Below, one piece after another: positions 27,201 to 38,762 of a stretch of DNA of 64,000 bases. The stretch is from Cetorhinus maximus. Taxonomy: Eukaryota. Each line of letters opens with the position of its first letter. Position 1 is the stretch's first letter. The DNA lies in the NCBI RefSeq assembly GCF_964194155.1, contig NC_135893.1, positions 58,404,001-58,468,000 of the forward strand, given 5' to 3'. Below the pieces are notes generated by a model. The model ran no database searches. It saw nothing but the letters and a program-made list of their open reading frames with translations, and was not told the origin of the DNA. A program made the translations under genes and the position numbers.

Positions 27201-28378
27201 TTTGAAGTTCTTTCATGAGGTTGGCATCACTGGCTAGGCCAGCACTTATTGCCCATTCCTAATTGCCCAAGAAGGTGGTGGTGAGCCACTGCCTTGAACT
27301 GCTGCAGTCCATGTGGTTGGTATAGGTACACCCAGTGCTGCTAAGAAGAGTTTCATGATTTCACTGGTTAAATGTCAAATGCGGCAGGCAGGTCAAGAGG
27401 AGGAAGCACGTCATGGTTACAGTGCATGTCATTCCTGACTGACAGCATAAGCTACAGAAACTGTGCTGAAAAGGCAGCAAAATACTTCTCCAATTAGACT
27501 GCATGTTCAAGTATCTACATTCTACGACTTCACTGACGAGAACTTGCAATAAAACGGCAGCATATACAGACCCAACTCATTTTTCCTCCAACATTATAGA
27601 ATTTTCATTCTGTTCAGAGGACAGCCAATCCAATAAGTCAACCCTACTATTCCCATTAGGAAAAATGCATGGCAGATGGTAGAAAACTCTAAAGCCAGCA
27701 GTCACTGCGATTCAAAAACGAGTATTTAGGAATGAAATGGTACACAATACTTAAGTCACGTGAAAATTCATATTAAAATCGATTTATATGCGGCAATTTG
27801 TTGTTAAAATTAATACTTTCGAGAGGATGCAATCCAGGTTCCGACAGGCTCGAACATTAAAATATTTGCCAATTGCTGTCATTATGTGCACCATATTGCT
27901 TCAGACCGTCATCGTCTGAAGGGCACTCTTCGAGACGACGCAGTAGAGAAGGCGAGATGACCTCCAAGGAACATTAGTTGGGAGACTGAGTTCTTGAAGT
28001 TTCATGATTTACCCATGGAGGCGGGACGGCATGAATGAATTTATGAATGACAAAGGGCAAGGAAAGCATTTTTATCTTGAAAAAAAAATCACAGGAAAAA
28101 GCAGATAGTGCCTGCCGGTGACTTAAAAAAAACTGCTTTAACTGGTAGTGAAGATCAAAACGATAATGCTGGAGAAGTTATATCATGGCGCCATACACAT
28201 TTAATGCGCTCGGTTTGCTGCGCCCCAACGTGCAAATATATGTCCTTACGAATTCGGAAAAATCCAGCAAACGTGCGCCATCTTGTCTACCATAACATAT
28301 GAGTTAGAGGCAACACTAAACAAAGGACAGATAGGTAAACAGTATTTAAATGGAAAGAAGTCACTGCGGTTAATTTAC

Positions 28379-28544
28379 CTTCCTTAGTCTGTGCGTTGGT
28401 GATCTGTAAATCGCAGTCTGCCGCCTTCAGCTTCTCTCTGGCCATGATGGTCTTCTTTAGATCACTCAAAGAAATATGAAGCCCATCGAAAGTGACCGTG
28501 TCATAGTTCAGTTTAGAAGAAAATTTGTAATGTACACACGACAT
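28379..28544 (-). CDS. RBBP6: RBBP6 (E3 ubiquitin ligase / 3'-end processing factor) coding exon 1, DWNN domain N-terminal part
   Basis: Translates MSCVHYKFSSKLNYDTVTFDGLHISLSDLKKTIMAREKLKAADCDLQITNAQTKE, near-identical to the recalled vertebrate RBBP6 N-terminus; 166 nt, ends G|gtaaat (phase 1). Confidence 0.98.
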
Positions 28545-29600
28545 TTTTGTTTTTTTTTAAATGGGACAAGCCTTACCCACAAAAAAGTTTTACCCTTTTA
28601 CCACTGCAAAACACAAAAACAAAAAAAAATCCTCTTTTGCACAATTTAATATCTGAAATTCAAGTATTTTAGACTTTGTTGTATTAAAGCAATTTATAAA
28701 AAACACTATACTGGATGGTAAAGTCAGGAAATAACTGGCTTTCTTTCAACTGCACATTGCACAAAATTAAATACTAGCTGCTTTACTCACTAATAAACCG
28801 ATAGTTCAAAAGTCAATGGTATAGTTTAAATGTCCAAGAAATTGTACGAAGTCCAAAGGATTTATTTCCCAAGGTAAAGTGTTCAAAAATATTCAGTTTA
28901 TTTTCCCTCTTCCTTTTTATTACAAAGCCGCAATGCAGTAGATCTCGGCGCAGTTTTTTTAAAATCTAAGAGAATCAGATCCACGTTTCAGTCTTGGTTT
29001 CATTCGGAAAATCCTGTTGCAACGATTGTGCCTAGCTTCGTTTCTCACCCACAGACACTGTCTTCAGGGGCATCTCTAAGTATCGTCTCCTTTTAAGACT
29101 GGGAGGGTTTGTTTTAAACGAAAAAAAGTCACTCGTATTAATGGTAAAGTAAAAGAGGGAACAACAACACATAACACACACAAGGATCTAGTACCACCAG
29201 AGGTGCGCCTCTTTTTCCTCGGCAAGAGTAACTCAGGAGCAAGTGGGATCCATGGCCTATTGTCCGAAAGACTGAGGGGACAAATTGGAAATAAAGGGGG
29301 GTGGGGGTGGGGAAGGGGGTGGGAGGAATGGGGAGCTGGATGTGATACGGGAACGCAAGAGTCCGCGCTCCGAATGGACGGCACACAAGACAGGCCGACT
29401 TCCTGGCGGGTGGTTCCTAGGCTCAGTTCCAATCGAAAGGCCCGTCAGCGTCTCTCAGACACATCTTCGCACTGCAGCACCCTAACGCTCACCCATCACT
29501 ACACCTTGCATATAGCCAACACTTAAAAAAAATAAATAACCATTCAAGTACTAAACTGTTACACAGGGGCGGCGCATTAATGCCAAGTCTGAAGCAAGTC
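28545..29600 (-). other. RBBP6: Probable long (~1 kb) RBBP6 5' UTR within exon 1
   Basis: Repeat-free stretch linking the ATG to the CpG-rich promoter; mammalian RBBP6 is recalled to have a ~1 kb unspliced leader. TSS position is a guess. Confidence 0.5.
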
Positions 29601-29900
29601 CCGCAGTTTCAAACCAACACCACCTCTCCGCCACAACAATGGCGTCTCCAACGCAATAACGCCAGGGGCTTCCCACAGCCAAGTGCAGGGGCGCTTGCGT
29701 CACAATCACCACGAGAGTGTCCACGCTGCGGAAGTGACGCGCCCCGCCTGTCAATCACAGCGCTTTGTTCCCCCGCCCTCACTGACACAGCGCCAATTCC
29801 ACCGCCGCCAAAAAACCGCGAGATTGAGGTAGGTGCTCGAGCTTTATCGTCTCCCTCAGATTTAAGATGGCGTTCGTTGGAGCGGGGGTAGGTATCTCCT
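29330..29900. promoter_or_regulatory. CpG-rich bidirectional promoter shared by RBBP6 (-) and the HELZ-like gene (+)
   Basis: Strong local CpG enrichment in a CpG-depleted window; ETS-CRE composite GCGGAAGTGACGC (29728-29740), TGCGTCAC (~29696), CCCCGCC GC boxes (~29742, ~29770), CCAAT (~29793), YY1-type AATGGCG (~29638) and AAGATGGCG (29864-29872). Confidence 0.8.
29800..29887 (+). other. Probable non-coding first exon of the HELZ-like gene
   Basis: Edge of the CpG island with a YY1-type AAGATGGCG and two GTAGGT donor candidates (29829, 29888). The first coding exon at 45429 starts with a splice acceptor, so an upstream exon is required. Start uncertain. Confidence 0.55.
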
Positions 29901-31979
29901 TGTAAAAGTTGTTTTTCTTTAGCTTTTTAAAAAAACGTGCATATGTTATCGCTTTCTTCGGCTTGCTAAGAGCCAATAAAGAACGCGAAGATCCAACGGC
30001 TAGAGTGGCAGTTCGTTTATAGCGAACTATTTTTGTGTTTATTCCTCAATGTTTTATTATAAATTATGAAGGAAGTTAACTTGCTTTTTGAAAATATTTC
30101 CGTATATTCATATAGAAGCAGTTGGGGTTATACTGATAAACTGGACAGTTATTTTCCCACCATTAGCTGCTTATCCTGTGTCCTCAGGACGGGTTGCCCC
30201 AGCTCAATCAAGCTGCCCTCACCTTCTGTCATGTCGTGTCCAATCATTTGGCAGATCTGTGTATTTCATGTAATCCTAATAAAACTGGTAAGTAACTGTG
30301 TTAAAACGTGCAGTGACTGGTGCGTAAATTCTGCTACCAAATTCCAGCCCCCCCCCAAAAAGTTTTCCTTACATTCCAGATCTGTCATTCGGCAGCTGTT
30401 CATTTTAAAGAAATTGAGGCAATGCAATGTAGCCTTAACCTGAAAGTCTATTGTTAAATATGGTCCTATCATTGAGTAGTCTAAGAATGCTGATGCCAAA
30501 TGGGCAACATAAACTGCTTTGTCACTGGGTGTATTAATGTACTGGTTTGAATGCAATATTGGGAAACCACATGTAAACCAATATTTTTCAATTTTGAATG
30601 GTATTTTTATTTTTCCCATCAAGTTTCTTCTGTTGCCATCGCTTGTGACAAGCTTGCAATCACTAGTGCCTTATCCTACTTCAGACACCTCACAATGTTC
30701 ATTCAATATTTAATCCTTCATTGCACATACAATTCAATATTGGAAGAACAGAGTTTACAATTGTGCTGTAGGGTGTTTATCCACAGTTTCTGTGGACACA
30801 ATACGAGAACTTTTATTCATTCACCATTCCTTTTTGTTGATGTGGTAATGAAAACAGAAGTAGTGTAAAGGCTGAGCAAAATGTATATTCCTATGACACT
30901 TTGGTGGTATAATGTTGGTTATTTTCAAACTGATCAGGGTTGGAAACATACAAAATAAATCCTGTGCATAAGTTTCAATAGCCGTGAATGAAGTTTTGTC
31001 TTCTCATTCCAGTGTTGTGCAGTGTAACTACAGCTCCCTGTTCTACTTGCTGCTATAAAAAGTGACTGCATAAAAAAATCAAGAAAAAGCTACGGGGTTG
31101 AATATCCAGCTGGATAGATTTCTTTTGGTGCTATGAGTGTGAACCATCAGAACAAAGTTATGAGGACCCGATTTAATGACATCTTTAAAACAACATATAC
31201 TGACATAGATATGAATGCGATAACTTTTATGGAGGGGGACCTGATCCTCCTCTGTTTAAAAAACTGAAAATGCAGGAATATTCAGCAGGGCAGATAGCAT
31301 CAATTTTAGGTCCATGACCTTTCATTAGAACCTCCATCGATTGTACTTCATAGTGCGAACAGGACTAGCTTCCTTATCCTGCCAGCATTGTAGACACATT
31401 AAAATGTGGACTGATTGGTATATGGTTCTGCTGTTGTAAACATGGTTGGGAAGCTAGCACATTGCTGTTCGTTTCCCATCACTGGACCCAAATTACTGAA
31501 TGTAAATGCTTTAGATTAGGTGAGATGCACTGTGATGCATATCAAGTATGGGTATGAGAGAAGGGAATTTTACTATGTTTTGAATAGTGAAAAGTTTTAA
31601 TGCATGTTTCAAGAAAAAGTCTTAGTATTGTGACTTTTAGGGAGCTGGGTAAAACCATTTTATAAATATTTTGTGCAATGTTTGGAGGAACTGTTTTAAA
31701 AAATAAATATAAATGTCATATTGGTGTATCAATTAATTTCACAGTTTTGTGGGTTGTAAAATTACGTGTGATCATGTGGTTTAGTTATTGTGTTGACATG
31801 CCTGCTTTTGTGAGAAAGGTTTGCATTTTTGTTTTCAAACTTTGTACCCTGGAATGATTTCTAACTTCCTGTCCCAGAATCATAGAATTTTATAGCAGAG
31901 AGGTTGACAGTTCGGCCCATTTGCAGCACTCGAAAGAGTTGTGCCTCATTTCCCACCTATTTCCTTATTTCTTTTAAAA

Positions 31980-34530
31980 ACACCTCTTTTCACTTTTATC
32001 AAATGTAACACCCCTACTCAGGAAAGGAGGGAAACAGAGAGCAGGAAACTGTAGGCCAATTAGCCTAACATTTGTCATTGGGAAAGTACTGGAATCCAAT
32101 ACTAAGGAAGTAGTAGCAGGACATTTAGAAAATCAATCAAGCAGAGTCGGTGTCATTTTATGAAAATAAAAACGTATTTGACAAACTTGTTAGAGTTCTT
32201 TGAGGATGTAACAAGCAGGGGAGATAAAGGGGAGCCAGAAGATGTAGCGTATTTGGATTTCTAAAAGGCATCCAATAAGGCATCACATGAAAGGTTACTA
32301 TGCAAGATGGTGTTGGGGATAATATATTAGCATGGATATAGTCTTAGCTAACTAACAGTAAGCATAGAGTCAGGATAAACATGTCATTTTAAGGTTGGCA
32401 AATAAACTAACTCATGGGGTGCCTCAGGAATCAGTGCTTAGGCCTCACCTATTTGCAATCTATTTTAATGATATGGAATAATGAATCTGGCTGATTCCTG
32501 AGATGAAAGTGTTGTCTTATAAGGAAAAGTTGAGCAGGTCGGACCGATACTCATTGGAGTTTAGAAGAATGAGGGGTGATCTTATTGAAAGATATCCAAC
32601 TCTACCTGCCCATGACAATATTGGCTGGAGTGACCACTGCATTGCCCTTGTGGAAGTGAAGTCCTGTCTTCACATTGAGGATACCCTTCATCGTGTTGTG
32701 TGGCACTACCATCGTGCTAAATAGAATAGATTTCGAATAGATCTAGCAACTCAAAACTGGGCATTCTTGATGCTCTGTGGGCCATCTGTAGAATTGGATT
32801 CAACTACAACCTGTAACCTCATAGCCTGGCATATCCCTTCCCCTACCACCAAGCCAGGGGATCAACCCTGGTTTAATGAAGAGTGCAGGAGGACATACCA
32901 GGAACAGCACCAGCCATACCTGAATCTGAATCTAGCCTTAAGTCCACTTTCCTGCCTGCCTCCCATAACCTATTCATTCCCTTATGGATCAAAACTCTGC
33001 CTAATCCAGCCTTGAATATACTTAATGACCCAGTCTCCACTACTCTGGTGGAGAATTCCAAAGAGTAATTGACCAAGAAATTCCTCCTAATCACCTGGGA
33101 AAGCTACAACACAGGACTACTCGCGTGCTGAACAGCAAGCAATAGACAGAGCTAAGCGATCCCACAACCAATGAATCAGATCTAAGCTCTGCAGCCCTGC
33201 CACATCCAGTCGTGAATGGTGGTAGACAATTAAGCAATGAACAGGAGGAGGAGATTCCACAAATGTTCTCATCCTCAATAATGGGGGAGCCCAACACATC
33301 AGTGCAAAAGACAAGGCTGAAGCATTTGCAGTCATCTTTGGCTAGAAGTGCTGAGTGGATAATTCATCTTGGCCTTCTGAGGTCCCCAGCATTACAGATG
33401 CCAGTCTTCAGCAAATTCGATTTAGTCTACATAACGCCTGAAGGCATTGGATACTGCAAAGGCTATAGGTCCTGACAACATTCTGGCAGTAGTACTGAAG
33501 ACTTGTGCTCTAGATCTAGCTGCACCCCTAGCCAAGCTGTTCCAGTACAGCTATAATGCTGGCAACTGCCTGGCAATGTGGAAACTTTGTCCAGGTATGT
33601 TCTGTCCACAAAAAGCGGAACAAATCCAACCTGGTCAATTACTGCCATCAGCAAAGTGAGGGAAAGTGTCGTTGACAGTGCTATCAGGTGGCATTTACTC
33701 CGCCATAACCTGCTCACTGGCACTCAGTTGGGTTTCCGTCAATGATCAGCATTAACCAGAAACTGAACGGGACCAGGCATATAAATACTGTGGCTGCAAG
33801 AGCAGGTCAGAGGCTGGGAATTTTATGGCGAGTAACTCACTTCCTGATTCACTAAAACCTCTCCTCCATCTACAAGGCAAAGTCAAGAGTGTGATGGAAT
33901 GCTTTCACTTGCCTGGATGAGTGCAGCTCTAACAATGCTCAAGAAGCTCGACACCATCCAGGACAAAACAGTCCGTTTGATTGGTACTCCATTCAAAAAC
34001 ATTTGCTCCCTCCGCCACTGACACACAGTTGCAGCAGTGTGTACCATCTACAAAATGCACTGTAGTAATTTGCCAAAGTTCCTCTGATAATAGCTTCCAA
34101 CCTGCAACCTCTACCACCTAGAAGGGCAAGGGTAGTAGATGCATGGAAACACCACCACTTGCAAATTCCCCTCCACACATGGATCATCCTGACTTGGAAC
34201 TATATCTCCGTTCCTTCACTGTCATTGGGTTAAAATCAAGGAACTCACTTCCTAACAACACTGTGGGTCTACTGACACCACATAGACTGCACCAGTTCAA
34301 GAAAGGGTTCACCATCACCTTCTTGAGCGCAATTAGGGATGGGCAAAAAATGCTGGCCTAGCCAGCGCCACCTACATCCTGCGAAAGAATGGAAAAAAAG
34401 AGATTCTGAGGGGGCTTGATAGGTAGATGTTGAGAGAATGTTTCCCATCATGGGAGAATCGAGAACTAGGGGCTACAGTTTTAAAATGAGGGGTCTTCCA
34501 TTTAATATGGAGATTAGGAGGAATTTTTTG
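31980..34530 (+). mobile_element. CR1 fragment (~31980-32595, resuming ~34402-34530) split by a second LINE (~32596-34400)
   Basis: CR1 motif EFRRMRGDLIE stops at ~32595 and resumes with gattctgagggggcttgatagg. The inner LINE has KAIGPDNILAVVLKTCALDLAAPLAKLFQYSY and a SINE-like 3' tail. Confidence 0.8.
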
Positions 34531-34534
34531 GTCA

Positions 34535-35160
34535 TTTACTCTTTGGAATTCTCCATTTTGTGCCCCTCTGTGCTCTTCACACTGTTTGTCTCCCAGTTGA
34601 TATTAGGGTAGTTGAAGCCTCCAACTATTATTGCCCTATTGTTTTTGCACTCAGAAATTTGCCTACATATTTGCTCTTCCAACTCCCTTCCAGTATTTGG
34701 GAGTCTACAGTACACTCCTCTCAGTGTGGCTGCTCCTTTTTTCCATTTCTGAGCACAACCCATATGTCCTCATTTGATGCTTCATTTAGTATATCATCCC
34801 TCTTCACAGTTGCAATTGATTTTTTAACCAATAATGCTACACCCCCATTTTTTTTATCCCCCTCCCTATCCTGCCTGAAAGCCTTATATCCAGGGCTGTT
34901 GAGCTGCCATTTTTGCCCTTCTTGAAGCTAAGTTTCCATTATAGCGATGATATCATGCTGCCATGTGTCAATCTGTGCCCTTGGCTCATCATGGTCTTTG
35001 TCAGTGTTTGTGCTCCACATGTGCCTCCGCCCACCCCTTTTCTTCTCCCCCCTGTCGGTGTGTCCTTCTGTTCCTTTCTCCCTCGTGTGTGTCTGGCTTC
35101 CCCTTGAATGTGTTCATGCTATTCACCTCAACCACTCGCTGTGGTAGTGAGTTCCACATC
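34535..35160 (-). mobile_element. CR1 endonuclease-region and 3' fragments
   Basis: ORF fragment GVYCRLPNTGRELEEQICRQISECKNNRAIIVGGFNYPNINW. Confidence 0.75.
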
Positions 35161-36877
35161 CGGTATGTACAGATCCCACCTTCCCCAGTCCCAATGCCTC
35201 AGAAGTCTGATGCCCTCCTTTCTACACCAGCTGGTCTTGCTTTTCAATCTCCTTCTTAGCTCTCTACAATCTGCTTTCGGGACCTCATCCCCTTCCTACC
35301 TAAGTCATTGATACCAGCGTGAACCATGAGCTGTGGCTGACCGCGTTACCCCAGAAGAATGTCCTGCAGCCACTCTGTGGTATCCTTGACACTGTCACTC
35401 GGGAAACAACAGACTATCCTGGAGTCATGTCTAGAGCCATGGAAACACCTGTCACTACTGCTCTTCCTTTCTTCCTCCTCCCCTCCTGTTTGAAAAAGAA
35501 CTTTTGAAGATTAAACCAGTACTGGATTCAACCTCAATGGCTTCTGAACTTAGAAAATAGAGGCATCTCCTAAATAAATATTGAACAGTTTAACAAAAAA
35601 AGCAGCTTTCATTGATATAATGCTTTTAAAGTCAAAAACACTGTGGTGCTTTATTGGGGGTTGTGGTGGGGGTAGGTGTGTGGTCGAGGAAAGGATACAG
35701 ATACTGGAACTGGATAAGGGAACAGATGCCCAGCATTGAAGGCAAAGGATAGAAGGGTCAATCAGAATAAATGTTTGAGAAGGTAAATTTTTTTGAAAGG
35801 GGAGAGAAGGCAAATGGTGCAAGGGTTGAGGGTGCTGTCATGTTTCCCCTGAGTGGGAGAAGATTTCACAAAAAGTCTACAATTAAGAACACTGGTTTGA
35901 ATCTCAAACATGAAGGAAAGGCAAAGTCAAGGAGGCTATTTTTGTTCCAAGTACCCTAATCCTTTTCTTTAATAGAAGAAAGTAAGTTGTACTGTAAATT
36001 TCTTTTGACATTTTCTTTTAAGTTGGAGATCCTGAAATGAATTCTGTTGCCTTCTGGGCCATTTCAATACTGTCAGTTATAAATAAGATAGTTATGAGTT
36101 TCCATGCAGGTCCGTAGCAAACAGTGGCTTGTGAGATTTCAAATTTGTGCATGAATATTTGCAGAGCAGGGTGATGCTGGGAAAATTTGTATTCCCAGCC
36201 AGTAAGTTAGTTTGAATTTGTGCCGCATCCTTTTTGCTATTTGAATCATTCTGGTATGCAGTCTGGTCTTAGTCTCATCATTGGAATAGCCTAGCAGGGA
36301 AACTCAATTTGAAGATCTTCATGTGGGTATAAACTGGCTTGGAAAGTGGCCTACCTTCAAGAATTATTCATATAATGGCATGCTTGCTGCTGGATTTGTG
36401 CAATATATTTTTTTTATAATTTGTAATCTTAAACTTTATTTCTCATATGCTTATAAGACTCACTCATCTCAAAGAACATTGGGCCCAGTTATTCCTTTCT
36501 TTCTCCTCCTCTCCAAGTGAGGTGTTGGGGAGGGAAAAAACAAATTCAGCTTGAATTTAACAAATTAAAAGCTTACTAAGAAATACAATTAATATTTGTT
36601 GCCCTGAATTGTAGATTGTTGCTTGGTAAACTCATCATGTGTGATGATTAAACACAGTTTATTCAATTTATTTAATTGATCTGGGCATTCTTCTGTGTCA
36701 AGGTAGAGCCAACCAGAAAAAAAATGCTGAATGCTGAACAAAACCACTCTTCAGAAATTATATTGGGTCACTGAAAAGAAAAAAGCAACTGGTTTAGAAA
36801 ATGATCTTAGGTTTCAGTTAATAGTTTTGGAGTTTTATCTGTGCCCTAGGGTGTTATTAATGCATTGTGACCACTTC

Positions 36878-38762
36878 CATAGAACACTACAGCACAGAAA
36901 ACAGGCCGTTCGGCCCTTCTAGTCTGTGCCGAAATATTATTCCGCTAGTCCCATTGACCTGCACCTAGTCCATAACCCTCCAGACCTCTCCCATCCATGT
37001 ATCTATCTAATTTATTCTTAAAACTTAAGAATGGGCCCGCATTTACCACGTCAGATGGTAGCTCGTTCCACACTCTCATCACTCTCTGAGTGAAGAAGTT
37101 CCCCCTAATGTTCCCCCTAAACCTTTCCCCTTTCACCCTAAAGCCATGTCCTCTCGTGTTTATTTCTCCTAATCTAAATGGAAAGAGCCTACTCGCATTT
37201 ACTCTGTCTATACCCCTCACAATTTTGTAAACTTCTATCAAATCTCCCCTCATTCTTCTACGCTCCAAGGAATAAAGTCCTAACCTGTTTAATCTTTCCC
37301 TGTAACTCAACTCCTTAAGACCCGGCAACATCCTAGTAAATCTTCTCTGCACTCTCTCAATCTTACTGATATCCTTCCTGTAGTTAGGTGACCAGAACTG
37401 CACACAATACTCCAAAGTTGGCCTCACCAATATCTTATACAACCTCACCATAACATCCCAACTCCTATACTCAATACTTTGATTTATGAAGGCCAGTATG
37501 CCAAAAGCTTTCTTTACAACCTTGTCTACCTGTGACACCACTTTCAGGGAATTATGTATCTGAACTCCCAGATCCCTTTGTTCCTCCGCACTCCTCAGTG
37601 CCCTACCATTTGCTGTGTATGTCCTACCTTGGTTTGACCTTCCAAAATGTAACACCTCACACTTTTCCCTATTAAATTCCATCTGCCATTTTCTGGCCCA
37701 TTTTTCCGGTTGGTCCAGATCTCTGTGCAAGCTTTGAAAGCCTTCCTCGCTGTCCACAACACCTCCAATCTTAGTGTCATCAGCAAACTTGCTGATCCAA
37801 TTCACCACATTATCATCCAAATCATTGATATAGACAACAAACAACAATGGTCCCAGTACAGATCCCTGAGGCACACCACTAGTCACAGACCTCCAGTCTG
37901 AGAAGCAATCATCCACTACCACTCTCTGTCTTCTCCCACACAGCCAATTTCGAATCCAGTTTACAACTTCTCCATGGATACCAAGTGTCTGAACCTTCTG
38001 AACTAACCTCCCATGTGGGACCTTGTCAAAGGTCTTACAATAGTCCATGTAGACAACATCCACAGCCTTTCCTTCATCTACTTTCTTGGTAACCTCCTCG
38101 AAAAACTCTACAAGGTTCGTTAAACACGACCTACCATGCATTTGGCTGTCCAAATAATTATATATCAGATCTCTCAGAACATTTTCCAATAATTTACCTA
38201 CTACTGACGTCAGGCTCACTGGCCTGTAATTACCTGGTTTAATTTTGGAGCCTTTTTTAAACAACGGAACAACATGAGCTACCCTCCAATCCTCCGGCAC
38301 CTCACCCGTGGCTAAGGACATTTTAAATATTTCTACCAGGGCCCCTGCAATTTCTACACTAGTCTCCCTCAAGGTCCGAGGGAATATCATGTCAGGCCCG
38401 GGGGATTTATCTACCTTTATTCGCTGTAAGGCGGCAAGCACCTCCTCCTCTTTAATCTCTATATGTTCCATGAAACTGCTGCTTGTTTCCCTTCCTTCCT
38501 TATACACTATGCCAGTTTCCTGAGTAAATACTGATGCAAAAAAACTGTTTAAGATCTCTCCCATCTTGTGAGGCTCCACACATAGACGACCACCCTGATC
38601 TTCAAGGGGACCAATTGTGTCCCTTACTTTCCTTTTACTCTTAATATACTTGTAGAAACCCTTTGGGTTTACCTTCACATTATCTGCCAAAGCAACCTCA
38701 TGTCTTCTTTTTGCCTTCCTGATTTCCTTTTTTAGTATTTTCTTACATTTTCTATACTCCAT
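36878..38762 (-). mobile_element. Young 5'-truncated CR1 LINE with an open ORF2 reverse-transcriptase remnant (ORF 36945-38855)
   Basis: KSPGPD, NYRPVSLTS, GVPQGSVLGPLLF, FADD, CVQFWSP and LERRRMRGDLIEVYKI motifs; CR1-type 3' UTR ending TTCTATG; no endonuclease domain. Confidence 0.95.

Noticed and set aside
28287-28378. Extension of the RBBP6 exon-1 ORF (GKLTAVTSFH...)
   Set aside because: Intron read-through past a good G|gtaaat donor; homology continues in exon 2.
29076-29976. Cluster of 65-118 aa ORFs on both strands
   Set aside because: Expected in GC-rich promoter/UTR DNA; no recognisable protein motifs.
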